From Macrostomum lignano (Eukaryota), in NCBI GenBank assembly GCA_002269645.1, contig NIVC01003178.1, forward strand, positions 1-64,000: a stretch of 64,000 bases of DNA, given 5' to 3'. The notes under the pieces were generated by a model, which ran no database searches, had not been told where the DNA came from, and saw only the letters and a list, made by a program, of their open reading frames with translations. Positions 1 through 14,367 of this stretch are shown in pieces. Made by a program: the position numbers and the translations under genes. Numbering within the stretch: the first letter of the stretch is position 1; the number at the start of each line of letters is the position of its first letter.

Positions 1-198
1 CTCAGCCGTTTCAAACTCTGCCGACCGCGGGTCCGGCGATGCCGCACTGCCGCTACGGCTACTTCCTCTCCGTCGCCGCCGTCCGCCTCTGCAGGTGCAG
101 CACCTGACGCGGATGTGGCGGCGGTATTTCCGCCTAGCCTGATCGTCTGCTGCTCAACAGGTGACAGCAGCTCCGTGTTATTGGCACGGCCGGATTAG
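1..198. other. GC-rich, probably coding stretch cut by the window edge; product and strand unresolved
   Basis: The + frame is open 1-198 (LSRFKLC...VLLARPD*) with AATAAA at 411-416. A minus frame is also open over ~1-190. No recognisable motif. Confidence 0.25.
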
Positions 199-1710
199 AG
201 GCCTCAGCTTCTGCTGGGCTATCCATCGGCTGCCGGTGCTGCTGCTGTTGAATGAGAAGTGGAGTCAGTTTCGGCTTCCCTTCGGACGGCATTTCTCTGC
301 TTAATATTGGCCTTTGTTTTCTTTGTTTGAGAGTTATTACTTTGTAGAACACGAGAGATCCGCCTGGGTTTATGGTTTTGGGCGTTTGGCCCTCGTTTTT
401 ATTCCTAAAAAATAAATGCGAGAGAACCCTATCTATCCTCGCGTCCTCACCACTCCCCCACCCCCAATTCCAATTTGGTTGGCCAGCCTGGGGGCGGGCC
501 TCCCACCACCCCATTTCCATTCACACCCAATTATCTGTCTGACTGAACGCTCAACCCCCCACACCTTACCCCTCACACCAACCCCTGAATGTAGGGCAAT
601 GTACATTGTCGTTTTTTGATTGACTCTCTGGCCAGACCAAGAGAAAAGCTCTTTTCCTTTGGACGAAAAAGTCCAAAAACCTTCCCATTTCATAAACCTT
701 TCTTAACTTTGCGACGGGCTTGTGGAAGTCGCAAGGATGAGCTTCCATCAAGCCCAGCCCCAACCAACCAATGAATCGCCAATTTTTCCCCTTGGACTTC
801 AAAGTAAAGGCCGAAACTTTTAAATTGAGGAGGAAGAAAAGAAGATTCGTTTTTTGTCAGCGAAGAAGTGAAGCACGCGACGCCAATCAAGCGCTTTTTC
901 AGTTGTTTATAAAAAGTAAAATAAATTAGAAGTCTTTTTACATTTTCCTTCGGAAGTTGAGACTTAAAGCTTCACCGTACATTATTTAGCTAGCTCCCGC
1001 CTCCCTATATAAGCTCAGTTCCCTAAAGCTGCTTTGTTAATATAAGATTTCATTAATTCCCCAGAAAGCTATCTTTTTAAATCGAAGAGATCCTGAAGTC
1101 ATGAAGTTCTTACAAGTTTTTAACCAACACGATAGACTCACTCGTAATCCATCATCATCATCTCGCGATTTATGCGTCTCAGAATTCGACCCCTAACTTT
1201 GTGCGCCGTAATCCCCATGAGACGGCCGTAAGAAGTCTCAAACTCGGCAGCTTAACACCAAATATTCTGAGCTGAGTGGTCTCCCTAGCCCCTACTACCA
1301 TTGTCCGTGCTACAGCGATTACGCAATCATCCCGCAAAATCAGGTGGGCATTGCTCAGCAATGCAGGAAATTGAAAACCAAAGTTTAAGGCATGTTTTTT
1401 CTTCAGCCACTAACCTGGCATTTACCTGCGGGGCATTTCTGTTGATACCAGTCTCTTATTAGGAATCATTTATATTATGCTTAAAAGTATACTTCCGAAT
1501 TCTTACGCGGCTTTATGCGCAATTCTCTATATTGTGCCTTGGCTCCGTACACAAAACTAATTAATAAGTTTCTATGCAGTAGCGACTTGTCTCACTGTTA
1601 CCGACACAAGCCAGCGGTGTTCCTGCCTTCAAAGGAACCCGATACTGTATAAATATGGTGCTGCAGGTGCTGGGGTGCCACGGTTTTCATGGGGCGGGCC
1701 GGCCAGTTCA

Positions 1711-2545
1711 TTTGAAAGAGATGCCATTTTATTTGAGGGAGATGCCATTTTTTGAGGGATATGCCATTTTATTTGAGGGAGATGCCATTTTATTTTAGGG
1801 AGATGCCATTTTATTTGAGGGAAATGCCATTTTATTTGAGGAGATGCCATTTTATTTGAGGGAGATGCCATTTTTTGAGGGATATGCCATTTTATTTGAG
1901 GGAGATGCCATTTTATTTTAGGGAGATGCCATTTTATTTGAGGAGATGCCATTTTATTTGAGGAGATGCCATTTTATTTGAGGGAGATGCCATTTTTTGA
2001 GGGATATGCCATTTTATTTGAGGGAGATGCCATTTTATTTTAGGGAGATGCCATTTTATTTGAGGAGATGCCATTTTATTTGAGGAGATGCCATTTTATT
2101 TTAGGGAGATGCCATTTTTTTCGGGAGATGCCATTTTATTTTAGGGAGATGCCATTTTATTTGAGGGAGATGCCATTTTATTTGAGGGAGATGCCATTTT
2201 ATTTGAGGGAGATGCCATTTTATTTGAGGGAGATGCCATTTTATTTGAGGGAGATGCCATTTTATTTGAGGGAGATGCCATTTTATTTGAGGGAGATGCC
2301 TTTTGTTTGAGGGAGATGCCATTTTATTTGAGGGAGATGCCATTTTATTTGAGGGAGATGCCATTTTATTTGAGGGAGATGCCATTTTATTTGAGGGAGA
2401 TGCCTTTTGTTTGAGGGAGATGCCATTTTATGACAGAAATGCCATTTTATGACGGAAATGCCATTTTATGACGGAAACACCATTTTATGACGGAAACACC
2501 ATTTTATGACGGAAACACCATTTTATGACTGAAACGCCATTTTTT
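1711..2545. repeat. 21-bp minisatellite GGGAGATGCCATTTTATTTGA, grading into a related ~20-bp unit (GACGGAAACACCATTTTAT)
   Basis: Direct tandem units visible; they explain the MPFYLRE and QIKWHLP ORFs. Confidence 0.95.
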
Positions 2546-2854
2546 ATGACATAAACACAAAGCAAGTGCATGGTTTTTGGCTTACTAAATTCAAGGATTT
2601 GGTTTATACAGTTTTTGCGCTGAGTGAAGTTGCATTCATAATTGCTTTGTGAGTTGTAATTATTGTTATAATAAGCATTTGTACTTGTATAAAATATATA
2701 AGCTTGTAGCATTGTAAAACTATTACACTTATTTTTATAGCCCTTTACAAAGCTTCAACCCTTCAGCTGTTGTCACAGCTACAGCGGCTAGAACTTTTGC
2801 CAAGTTGTTTTTTCCATTTCAAATTCTGTACATTGCTATAAAAATGCGAAAAGT

Positions 2855-2946
2855 ATCTCATACTCTATAACCTTGTCGATCTCATACTCTATAACCTTGT
2901 CGATCTCATACTCTATAACCTTGTCGATCTCATACTCTATAACCTT
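2855..2946. repeat. 24-bp tandem repeat ATCTCATACTCTATAACCTTGTCG, ~4 copies
   Basis: Direct reading. A further copy lies at 5484-5506. Confidence 0.9.
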
Positions 2947-2949
2947 GGC

Positions 2950-5400
2950 TTGGCTTATGGGGATTGCTGGGATTTCAAGGCTTACGGTGGGAATTGCTGA
3001 GATGTCGAGGCTTACAGCTGGGGGAATTGCTGGTATGTCAAGACTTACTGGAGAATCGCTGAGATGTCGAGGCTTACAGCTGGGGGAATTGCTGGGATGT
3101 CAAGACTTACTGGAGAATCGCTGAGATGTCGAGGCTTACAGCTGGGGGAATTGCTGGTATGTCAAGACTTACTGGGAGAATCGCTGAGATGTCGAGGCTT
3201 ACAGCTGGGGGAATTGCTGGGATGTCAAGACTTACTGGGAGAATCGCTGAGATGTCGAGGCTTACAGCTGGGGGAATTGCTGGGATGTCAAGACTTACTG
3301 GGAGAATCGCTGAGATGTCAAGGCTTACAGCTGGGGGAATTGCTGAGACGTTGAGGCTAATAGGAGGAGTTGCTGGGCTGTCAAGGCTTATGGGGATCGA
3401 GAATTGCCTTGAGCTGGGTGAATTGCTGAGACTTCAAGGCTTTGGCTGGAAATTGCGAAGATGTCACGGCTTATTTTTCGAATATGTTCGAATTTCAGTA
3501 GAATAATTTGTTTTAAAAATTTACCATTTTAGCATTTCATGATTAAAGCTTACAAAAAGGACCACCATGTGAAAAAAGCATCATGCTAAACATAAAAGAA
3601 GCATGATTTAAGATGTCAAGACTTACTGGAAGAACTGCTGAGACGTTGAGGCTTATGAGGGGAATTGCTGAGATGTCAAGGCTTACTGGGAGAACTGCTG
3701 AGACGTCGAGGCTTATGAGGGGAATTGCTGAGATGTCAAGACTTACTGGGAGAACTGCTGAGATGTCAAGACTTACTGGGAGAACTGCTGAGACGTCGAG
3801 GCTTATGGGGGGGGGGAATTTCTGAGATGTCAAGGCTTATGGGGGGGGAATTGCTGAGATGTCAAGGCTTATGGGGGGAATTGCTGAGATGTCAAGGCTT
3901 ATGGGGGGGAATTGCTGAGATGTCAAGACTTACTGGGAGAACTGCTGAGATGTCAAGACTTACTGGGAGAACTGCTGAGATGTCAAGACTTACTGGGAGA
4001 ACTGCTGAGACGTCGAGGCTTATGAGGGGAATTGCTGAGATGTCAAGGCTTATGGGGGGGAATTGCTGAGATGTCAAGGCTTATGGGGGGGAATTGCTGA
4101 GATGTCAAGGCTTATGGGGGGAAATTGCTGAGATGTCAAGGCTTATGGGGGGGAATTGCTGAGATGTCAAGGCTTATGGGGGGGGAATTGCTGAGATGTC
4201 AAGGCTTATGCGGGGAATTGCTGAGATGTCAAGGCTTATGCGGGGGAATTGCTGAGATGTCAAGGCTTATGAGGGGAATTGCTGAGATGTCAAGGCTTAT
4301 GGGGGGGGGAATTGCTGAGATGTCAAGGCTTATGGGGGGGAATTGCTGAGATGTCAAGGCTTATGCGGGGGAATTGCTGAGATGTCAAGGCTTATGCGGG
4401 GGAATTGCTGAGAGATGTCAAGGCTTATGCGGGGGAATTGCTGAGATGTCAAGGCTTATGGGGGGATTGCTCAGACTCCAAGGCTTAGTGGGAAAATTTC
4501 TATGATGTCATGGCTTATTGGAGGAATTGCTGAGATGTCAAGACTTACTGGGAGAACTGCTGAGACGTCGAGGCTTATGAGGGGAATTGCTGAGATGTCA
4601 AGACTTACTGGGAGAACTGCTGAGACGTCGAGGCTTATGAGGGGAATTGCTGAGATGTCAAGACTTACTAGGAGAACTGCTGAGACGTCGAGGCTTATGA
4701 GGGGAATTGCTGAGATGTCAAGACTTACTGGGAGAACTGCTGAGATGTCAAGACTTACTGGGAGAATTGCTGAGATGTCAAGGCTTATGGGGGGAATTGC
4801 TGAGATGTCAAGGCTTATGGGGGGGGGAATTGCTGAGATGTCAAGGCTTATGGGGGGAATTGCTGAGATGTCAAGGCTTATGGGGGGGGGAATTGCTGAG
4901 ATGTCAAGGCTTATGGGGGGGAATTGCTGAGATGTCAAGGCTTATGCGGGGGAATTGCTGAGATGTCAAGGCTTATGTGGGGGAATTGCTGAGATGTCGA
5001 GGCTTATGCCGGGAATTGCTGAGATGTCAAGGCTTATGAGGGGAATTGCTGAGATGTCAAGGCTTATGGGGGGGGAATTGCTGAGATGTCAAGGCTTATG
5101 GGGGGGGAATTGCTGAGATGTCAAGGCTTATGCGGGGAATTGCTGAGATGTCAAGGCTTATGGGGGGATTGCTCAGACTCCAAGGCTTAGTGGGAAAATT
5201 TCTATGATGTCATGGCTTATTGGAGGAATTGCTGAGACGTCGAGGCTTACGTGGAATTGCTTGGATGTCAAGGCTTATTGGGGAATTGCTGGGATGTCAA
5301 GGCTTATGGGGAATTGCTGGGATGTCAAGGCTTACTGGGAGAGGTGCTAAGATGTCAAGGCTTGCAGCTGGGGGAATTGCTGAGATGTCAAGGCTTACTG
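2950..5400. repeat. ~30-bp minisatellite family GGAATTGCTGAGATGTCAAGGCTTATG(G)n with variable G-run and a ~700-bp higher-order duplication
   Basis: Tandem units. The same interrupting segment (CTCAGACTCCAAGGCTTAGTGGGAAAATTTCTATG) occurs at ~4471 and ~5173. Confidence 0.95.
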
Positions 5401-8400
5401 GAAGCATGGGTCCATTCTTTATTATTTTCAGCCATATTTTCATTTTCATTTTTGCGCTCCCCAAACGGGCTGGATTGCTATAGTACTCTCTAACCTTGTC
5501 GATCCCATGAGGAAGAAGAAGAATGTACCTAGAGATTCCATAACATCCCTTAATTGCCAAATGCATAATATCGTGTTGCCGTTCTGCAATATAATTTTTC
5601 CTCTTCGATAATTGAATATGTCAAAGGCATTAGTAACATGCTTCTTGTGCTGCTGCAGGCACCTCAGCAAAATCTTTAAACCCCACCCACCCCAAATGCA
5701 CCCACCCCATTGCCCCGTCAGTCTCACTTCATACAGATCGTCAATCAAGCTTTGCTGTCATAAACATCTTGCAATCTTAGGTGCAAATTCGTTTAATCAA
5801 TAACTAATGAGCTGTGTGGATGCAACTGTAACTTGAGTGTGCTCTTGACTAAGGAAGCTACTTACTTACTCAGTCATGGGTCTGTGAGTAAGCATACGCT
5901 CGTACATGCGCCGCAAGCATCTGCACAGCTCAATATATATATAAGAATTCTCATATCTTCACAGAATTCTGGGAAACTGCAGTGCGTCTATAAATGGGGA
6001 ATAAATACCATATATTTAATCATTTTTGCCGCATCTATATGATATTCGTAGTTGGGGAGAACGAAGAAGCCCCTTTACTCGCATGAAAGTGGCAGTTCTT
6101 CAGTTACGCAATCGGAAAAAAGGAAATTGTTATAATATTGCTGCCGCCATTCTCTGCCTGAGACAGCTATGTGTGGCGCTAGAGGAGGGCTTCCGGCCAA
6201 AGTAGTAATTTCTTCTGTGTCAGGCTATCCTTTCTGGCTGACAGTTTCGCTAAACCGCAGAATTCAATCAATTCCTATCAGTATGGAATGAGCTGTATGC
6301 TATCTCTCTGTCTCTCTGTGGCTACATACCTTCTTTATAGTCTTCTTTGGGATCTTTCAATTTCTTTATAGCTGCTCAAATTTGAGATGCCGTCGAAGAT
6401 CAAGCGGATTTCGCTTGACTTTATGAGCTGCTGCTATAGCTGTTTAGATCTGCAAGGCATGCAGGGAGGAGGGGATTATGTAACACAATATTAGATATTA
6501 AGGGAAGCCTAGCTCTTGCTCGATTCGAGATTGAAAAGCCATCAATCTCGTCAAACTCCGAGGAGGAAGCCCCGCACTGTGTCCGATCGGGACGGGGAGG
6601 AGAGCTAATTCATGTAGGGGCGACTCCGGTCTCCGATTAGATTTGCAGAGATCGAGAGGTCACCAAGCATGAATGTCTTCGAGGATTTAATTTTACAAGA
6701 TTATTTACAAAATCCAGCCCTGCATGGGCGCTGAAGTGAACCTTAAAGTGACGCTTTGGAAAGGGGCCGGACTTTACTTTAAAAGTGTCCATCAGTGGCC
6801 GAGGCGCGATTATACACATGCACACGTAATAGGTCCATAGGATGTAGCAACTTTCGAAGCCCGAGCAGGAAAGTATGGACTAACCATGAGCTATTTTTTG
6901 TGCTCAACCAGAAGGAATTGCTGAGCTAGACTACCACTGTACATGCATTGTATACGAATGTACGTGTTGTACATGTAAGTATAGTATATGTACATGTACA
7001 CTGTATATATTAATTTACAGCTCCTTTCAGACGAAAATGCAATTTTGTTTCATGGCATTTAATTTTTGTTTTCAAGGTGCTAGCCAGAGATACTATAATA
7101 ACTTATTATAGTATTATAGTATCTGTGGTGCTAGCTATACTAGCTGCCTCGACTCAGCGATAAGCGTTTATTTGGAATTTAATCAATACAATATGTAATG
7201 CTTAAAAATGTTACATGTGCGGGCTCTGGAAAAGTAAATTTTTACGTATATGACTGTAGATATCATAAAATTTAGGGAATAGAATTTTCTGTCTGTTAGC
7301 ACTTCTTCAAAGACAAAGACCAACAATCAATTACAATATATCTCGGTGTCGACACGAAATAAAACGCTATTGAACGTGCTCTGGGTAAGACAAAAAACCT
7401 GGATTCATAAAAAGTAAAAAGAATCATTTGAATTTGAAAGTAAAATTAAAGTAAAACTTGAGATTTAAATAAATGTATTTGTTTTCTTAAGAAAATTTTT
7501 AAATCGTGGGAAATGTTCCCATGAATTCAGTCATTCATTTATGTCTGTCAGTCAGTCGTCAGTCAGTCAGACAGTCACTACCAGAGAAAAAGTATTTAGA
7601 AATATATTCACGAACCCGAACACTTTCTGAAACTAAACACTATTCTAAATCCCACCCTAACACCAGACTCCAGGACCAGATAGATAGATAGGACCTAACC
7701 TAACTTAAAAAAGCACAATTGACAATTGCCTAGCCTAGGCCCAACGCCCTACTAAGACCCTAGTCAGAACCAGAAGCCAATAGTGCTTTTACTGAGATGT
7801 CTCAACTTGCATTGGCTAGGTGGCAGGCGCATGTGTTCCCTTTCAGTTGTTTAATTTAAATGTACTTGTTTGGCTAGGCTTAATGCACTTAGTATTCATA
7901 AGGCCAATGGTATTATATTGGCGCATGACCAAGATTGCCACAAATATAGATGGCCACAGCTCTAGATAATAATAAGCCTAGGTCTATATATTTCACTCAT
8001 TTCTTATTGGTAGTAATTAGTGAGATAGATGCCTTAGTAGGCTTGAATTGCTTGAGTTTAGTTGGGATAGGAGTTGAGCTGCCAGAACTTGATCTTGATT
8101 TGAAAAAATTAAAGTATTGATTTTATTGATCATATTATTGTTTAGCAATAAAGAAGGCATATATTCATATAAGACAGAATGGTATCTGATGCCAGTGATA
8201 GCTATAAAACTTAAAAGCTTTATATTTTTTGGGAACTGTTCGCCGTGTTAGGGCCTATTGTTATAGTTAGGCCTACAGCTTCAATGACTGTATAAATAGC
8301 AAAATGGTTAAAATTTTTATTTTTATGGTCAATACATAACATACTATATGGGACTAAGTTGCGTAAAGTTATAACTTGAAATAACCATATAAATAGTAAA

Positions 8401-10076
8401 AAAATCTGTTATATGGTCATTATATTAAGAAACAAATGGCTTTTTTTATAGTCATGGCAATCCTCATAAGGAAGAAAGCATTTATATTAATTGTTATAAA
8501 TTACCTAAACTTCTAAAGTAAGCTAGCTAAAGCTAATGTTAAGAACCATTAGAAATTACCATTGGCATTGTGGCAATATATTAATAACACATTTATTATT
8601 TTTTATAATTTGGCCACCTCTTATTTTATTTGCATTGCAAGTTAGATACTTAGTTTATATGATATTTGTTTTATGTTCTAACCATAAAAATAATTGTCTT
8701 GCTATTTATATAGTCAGTATGTCTATAACAATAGGCTTAGCTTATCAACTGCCTTATTTTTTGCTACAAAATATTTAATTAAATTTGGCCCCTAACTAAG
8801 GAAAAAGAATTAAGTTAACAAAAAAACTAGAAATTGATAGCAGTAGGGCCTATCTTTATAGTCCTTAACTAAATTTAATAAAAGAAAAATGATAAAGCTA
8901 GACTTAGACATTGATTTATATTTAATGCTTTTTTAGATTAATCACAACACAAGGTTTTTTTATATATATAGTAGGTCTAAGTTACTATTATATAGTTATT
9001 ATTTTTAAGTATAATATTTAGTTGCAATTACATTCCCACACAATAGGAAAATCACTTTTTAAATTTTTAAAAGACTATCTAAAAGCTTTTTAACTTTTTT
9101 AGCCAAGTTGCAACTTTAAAGAAATAAATTAAAAAAATCTGAAATGAGTTAGTTAACCATCATTTTTATAGTATTCTTTTGTTTATTAATTCTTAATTTT
9201 ACTTAGTTTTATGTTATAATCCCCATTCAAAATGAATGACAACAAAAGTAATATAGTTTATCAAAAAAGTCATAGGCCTTAAGGCCTAATAATTATATCT
9301 TGATCTATATTGACACTTCAAAATTCATTCAACAAAACCAATATATAGGCTATTAGTCTATTATTACAAAGCCATAAAGTCCTAATCAATGTCAAATAGC
9401 TTATCATTATAGTGTATTGGCATTTTGTGAAAGCTTTATACATTTTTTATAGATATACACATCCCTCTTTTTTTCTAATCTAATGCTTAACAAAAAGTAG
9501 ATGATTCAATAAATGAGTTTTCGCTATAAATAGGAAGTTCTCTTATGCCAAAGAAGTTTTACTGGCATTTTGGTAGATAGTTATTTAATTTTATTGAATT
9601 AATGTTTTTAACTTGTATATCAATAAGATATTAGATAAGCTTTTTATCTAATTTTTATTATGAGCTAGTAATTAGTATTGTTCTATCATAACAAGTTCAA
9701 AATAAATTACAAAATATAAAAAATAATTTTAAATAATTGAGTTCTAAAAATTAATAGTTTTGTTAACATAAAACTTGTATTGTGATAGATATGAATGAAA
9801 TACCATGATAGCCAGAAAGTTTATTGTTTATTTTTTTCCATCTAGCCCCTTCAATGGCAGTTCCTTGACAATTTCAAATCCATTAGTAAATTAGTTTAAC
9901 CTAAAGCTTAAAATTCGCAAAGAAATTATTCTAAACTGCACATTGAATCGACTTTTAACTTCTTGTTACCAGACTATATTACTAAGATATGCCCCAACAT
10001 ACTACTCAACACTACTCACTGCAGCCTACAACAGTCAGCATCTGAGGAGGCCACCCCAGCGGCCAGGCCATACAGA

Positions 10077-12239
10077 ATGGTGTCCACTGCAGACGAGTCC
10101 AACAATGGCTTATCATCAAGCGAGTTCTCTGCTCACCTGGCCTGCCTTTTCGACATCCTTGCCGACGGCCAGTCCACCGTGTCGACGCCCAGCCTCATTC
10201 GCTACTGGCAGCTCTCCGACTATGCCGTTTCGTTCGCCCTGATTGACGCATTCCAGAAGTATTCGGACTATGACAATAGGCTGGGGTTCGAGCAGTTTAG
10301 CCAGGCTGTCGGTCACTGTCTGGCAACCTGCGAGCCGTACGCCACGGCCTCTGGGTCCGCCCAGCAACTGGCTGAGCCAGCTGTGGCTTCGGAGAGCGGC
10401 TATAGGACTTTTGATAGCAGGTTGGTCTTGCCACTCTGTACTGATATCCAGATCCTGTTGTGGGCACCGCGGTTGTGGGTGTTGACTAATGCAACCCTAG
10501 TGGAATTAGAACTAATTGAAATTGAATCAGTGGCCCGAAGCAAGTTTACTAATTGAGGGGGTGAGTTGAGCACTGAGAAAGTGCGCGACTAAGGAAAGAG
10601 GTGAGATTGAAGAGCCAATCAGAAGGCCGCGAGGGAGAGAGATAAGAATAACAGGATTGAACTGGACAGAAAGGGAGAGAAAACAGATGAACTAAAGAAA
10701 TATTGCGACAATACTCAATAATACTACTAGTTTTCAGTCATGAGAGTAGATTACACGCATTTTAATTCCGTAATTTTATACAATAACGGAATTCAGCAGA
10801 TCGCTAGAGCCCTCCCAGCCGCCCAAGCCCGCTCCGCACCGCGGCCCGCCGCTCCGCGTCTACAGCGACAGTGGCGTGCTGGACCGGGAATTCGATGGCA
10901 GGCCTCGACCGCTTCGCCCGCCAGACTATGACACCTATATGAACAACTCGCTGGATTGCGGCATCGGCGGCGTCGGCGCCATGGACGGAGTCGGCGTACG
11001 GCGCGCCGCCAGATCGAAGCCGCCGGTGCCGCCACGGACGACCACCGCTGCCGGCGTGTGCAGCGCGCCAACTTCGCCAGCTCCGCTGCCGCCGTCAACC
11101 GACGGAGACGCCGTCGGACGCGACGGTCCGGACGCTGACGAATACGAGACTTTGATCAGCCAGCCTGCTGCTAGGGGGCCCCCGCCTCCGCCACCGCCGC
11201 CTCCGCGACCCTCTTCGCTGCTGCCCGCGAAACCGCAGCAGCCTCCGCCGCCGCCAGCTTCGGCTCAGGAGCGGCACAGACAGCGGGCGCGTTCGCCTAT
11301 GAAACGGCTGGTTCAGGTGAGCCGCCTACCTGAATGCAAATCCTTCAGTAATTGGAAGCGGCTTTTGGGTCTCGCAGTCGCATTCTCCGCCGCTAAGAAT
11401 AAAATTGTCCCAATACTCTTCCGCAGGCTTTCACCCGGCCCCTGTCGCGCTCGCAGTCTTTTCGCATTTCTCGTCCAAGCGTCGCTACAGAGCCTGTCTC
11501 CTCAGCCCAGCCCCAGCCTCCGACTGCAGCCTCTTCATCTGCGGCATTACCGGCAAAGCAGCAGCAGCAGCAGCAGTCTAAGCCTCATCAATCGTTGGCT
11601 AAATTTGCCAGCTTCGTGGAGAATCCGGACAGGTTCAGCGGCAGTTATCATGCCCGCGGTGCGCTGCTTCGAGAGCGTCTGCGCTGCGTTCGACAGGTAA
11701 GTAGCGATAGCCTTTTTGTTCGTTTTAACGCACTCATTCAAACGCTCAAACAATGTACAGCTGCCTTGACTTTCTAATAATTGTCAGGCATGTACACTAC
11801 ATGTATGTACGAGTACACGACAACCCCCCTCCCCCTTGGAAAATTTTCCTGCTCAAAAGCCCAAATGAATGTGTTTGCGCACGGAATCACCACCCCGCAG
11901 GCCTACGAATGCGTGGAAGCCTGCAGGCAGTCACTGGTCGCTCAGATCGCCGACCTGCAGTCGCAGCTCGCCGGCTGTCCCGGCAGCTTTGATGACGCCA
12001 ACGGCAGCGGCGGCCCAGCTTCTGTTGCAGCTTCATCTTCGTCGCTGCCTTCAACCGCGATGCTGCGAGCGGTTCTGCCCTGCATTGGCGATGCCAACGG
12101 CGCCACGGCGTCGCCGACCACCGCGGCAACCGCAGCGGCTGGCCGCCTGCTGGCTGATCAGGAGGCGCGAATCCAGCAGTTGGAGAGGGAGAAGTCGCAA
12201 CTGCTGCGGACCCTGCTGCAGGCTCAGACTCTAGGCTAG
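10077..12239 (+). CDS. SAPCD2: Suppressor APC domain-containing protein (SAPCD2-like), ~489 aa; exons 10077-10420, 10800-11316, 11427-11696, 11901-12239
   Basis: N-terminus EFSAHLACLFDIL...IRYWQ...LGFEQFSQAV resembles SAPCD2 AFLRSLRTLFDIL...ESRWQ...LTFERFVAGL. C-terminal coiled coil EARIQQLEREKSQLLRTLLQAQ resembles SERITQLEQEKSALIKQLFEAR. All GT-AG junctions keep frame (phases 2,0,0). Confidence 0.7.
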
Positions 12240-12342
12240 CTTAAATCTGGTTGATTCATTTTCCTGGGCTTAACACTAGCAAAAACCGCCGACAGAAGCC
12301 TTTGAAAGTTAAGTTGCTAGGCAAAATATGTAAAATCGTCTT

Positions 12343-12570
12343 TGGCCAGCCCTGCTGACACGGATTGGCATAACAGAGTGTTACAGTGGCAGCGATAGTC
12401 TATGGCCAGCCCTGCTGACCCAGCTGGCAGGAACGGCTTAGCATAGCAGAGTGTTAAAGTGGCAGCGATAGTCTATGGCCAGCCCTGCTGACCCAGCTGG
12501 CAGGAACGGCTTAGCATAGCAGTGTTAAAGTGGCAGCGATAGTCTATGGCCAGCCCTGCTGACCAAGCCC
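12343..12570. repeat. ~73-bp tandem repeat (GGCCAGCCCTGCTGAC...GTGGCAGCGATAGTCTAT), ~3.5 copies, in the putative SAPCD2 3' UTR
   Basis: Direct reading. Confidence 0.85.
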
Positions 12571-14367
12571 GCAGGAACGGAATTTTTCATTTCGTTTTAA
12601 TTATCAATTTTATGCAACTGTCTCATTTATAAAATTAATCTGCCAATAGCTGTTTTCATTCCACATCTTTCAACTTTTGGGAGTTCTGTTCGCTGGATTT
12701 GTAAATTCACTCTGCTCTGATTGGCTGGGCGATTATGTACTTAGTTAAACTATATCAGACTTTTTAGCCTTGCATTAATCGTGGCAATCTCTCAATACAA
12801 GCCTATTTGCTTCTCTGTGAATCTGTTCGTATTGATTTTTATCTATTGTCTATCGTTTGCACAATAGCAATGCATTATAAGATTCACTGTTGCTTATCTG
12901 AATGCAGATTTGTATATAGGTAATAACTCTTAATTTTTTGTACCTTCCCTGTAATATCGGCGTTTTTATTCAATATGTCAATGTGTCAAAACAATAGTTC
13001 AAACCGGCTTTTAGTTTTGCAGTGCAATATGTTTGGGTTTTTTTTTAATCTCCAAAATGCAGGGCAATATTTTTCTTTTGTCCCTGCAACATTACTTTGC
13101 GCAGCTGACTCTGCTTTTCATTATTTAATACATTTATTACAGACCAATAATGGCACATATTATTTTCTTTTCGGTTCACTTATAATCTGGTTCCTGTGTT
13201 AAGTTAACTCACTTGTTATTTTTTAAAGATACATACTGTGTGACGCTTTTTAAAGTAATAAAGTCGATTTTGCGACTAAACTACTGTCTATTCAGTAGTA
13301 TGAAAATTATCATTTTTTCAACCCAATTAGGAAACAATTAACACGATCAAATTGGGTGCAAAATGTAGCAGCTATTGTTGAGAATTTTGCGCTTTGTTGA
13401 ACCTACAGTTTATTAAAGACAGACAGATGTTGCTGCTAGTTTGGCACCGGCACTTGCTTTAGTTGCCAATACGGGCACTAAATTAATAATTAATTTGCAG
13501 TATTTTGCTAGCAACAATTCAAGCGCAGAAACGGCCGGGACAGGCAGTCACGTGCGCGCTCGGAATTCAGCAGAAAAATTCAATAACTAAAGCAAACAGA
13601 AGCTAACAGACAGACAAAAGCAAAGTTTAAAAAATGGCTACAAAAAGAGACGAGAAAACTCTAACTATGCCAGACCCGCATCCAATGCAAGCAAGAACGT
13701 GTGACACACTTAAATAAATTCTTCCACTGATGTCACTTGAGTACATCAATTTCAGAAACTGACAGAGGGTTTATCAAGATTACATATTGAATGAGCTTAA
13801 CATCAGCAAGATAGTGTAGAGAGAAGATTAAGGGAGAGTCAGATAGTTATGAAATTAGTGAATATAAATCCAGCCTCAACACACAGACACGGGTAAACAA
13901 AACGATTAGGAATATGCATATGAATGTTACTTACGGGAACAAAATTAGTGCTTTGCCGAATACATAAAGAATTTTATTTCATTAAAAAACGGCAGTACAA
14001 ATTGATAAACACGCTGTGCTCTCGCAGTGTGCAAATAGTGAGACCACACAGGTACGTTTACAGGGTTGCTTGTAAACTCGAAGATCTGCGGTTTTTAGAA
14101 GGCCAGTTTCTAGAGAAAATACACTATAAAGATCGGAAATGTTGATCTCTTCTTCTTAAAGCCAAAAGTTAAATTAAACAACTAGGAAAGGAAGAAAATT
14201 TCATTTTTCCAGGAAATAAGCCTTCTAAAATGTACATAATCCGAGTTTTACTCCAGCGGCCGTTGGATGCAAAAGTTGAATTATACGTTTAGAGTAAAAA
14301 CACTGACTGCAACTGACCGCGGCTTGGGATTGGGAATCAGCCAAGTCGGCCCGCTCGCGCTGGTCAC

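Noticed and set aside
1629-5493. Many ORFs (MPFYLRE, QIKWHLP, AEMSRLMGG repeats)
   Set aside because: Translations of minisatellites, open in several frames and on both strands, with no domain or splice support.
6100-6900. Decayed LINE endonuclease (minus-strand VYNRAS, TFMLGDL, LHNP resemble APE motifs)
   Set aside because: Multiple stops and frame changes and no RT motif found. It needs a tBLASTn or HMM hit to APE/RT to be supported.
7055-7115. Hairpin AGATACTATAATAA...TATTATAGTATCT
   Set aside because: A short AT-rich palindrome, probably a tiny MITE (CACAGATAC also at ~31008-31050); no evidence for a terminator or ncRNA.
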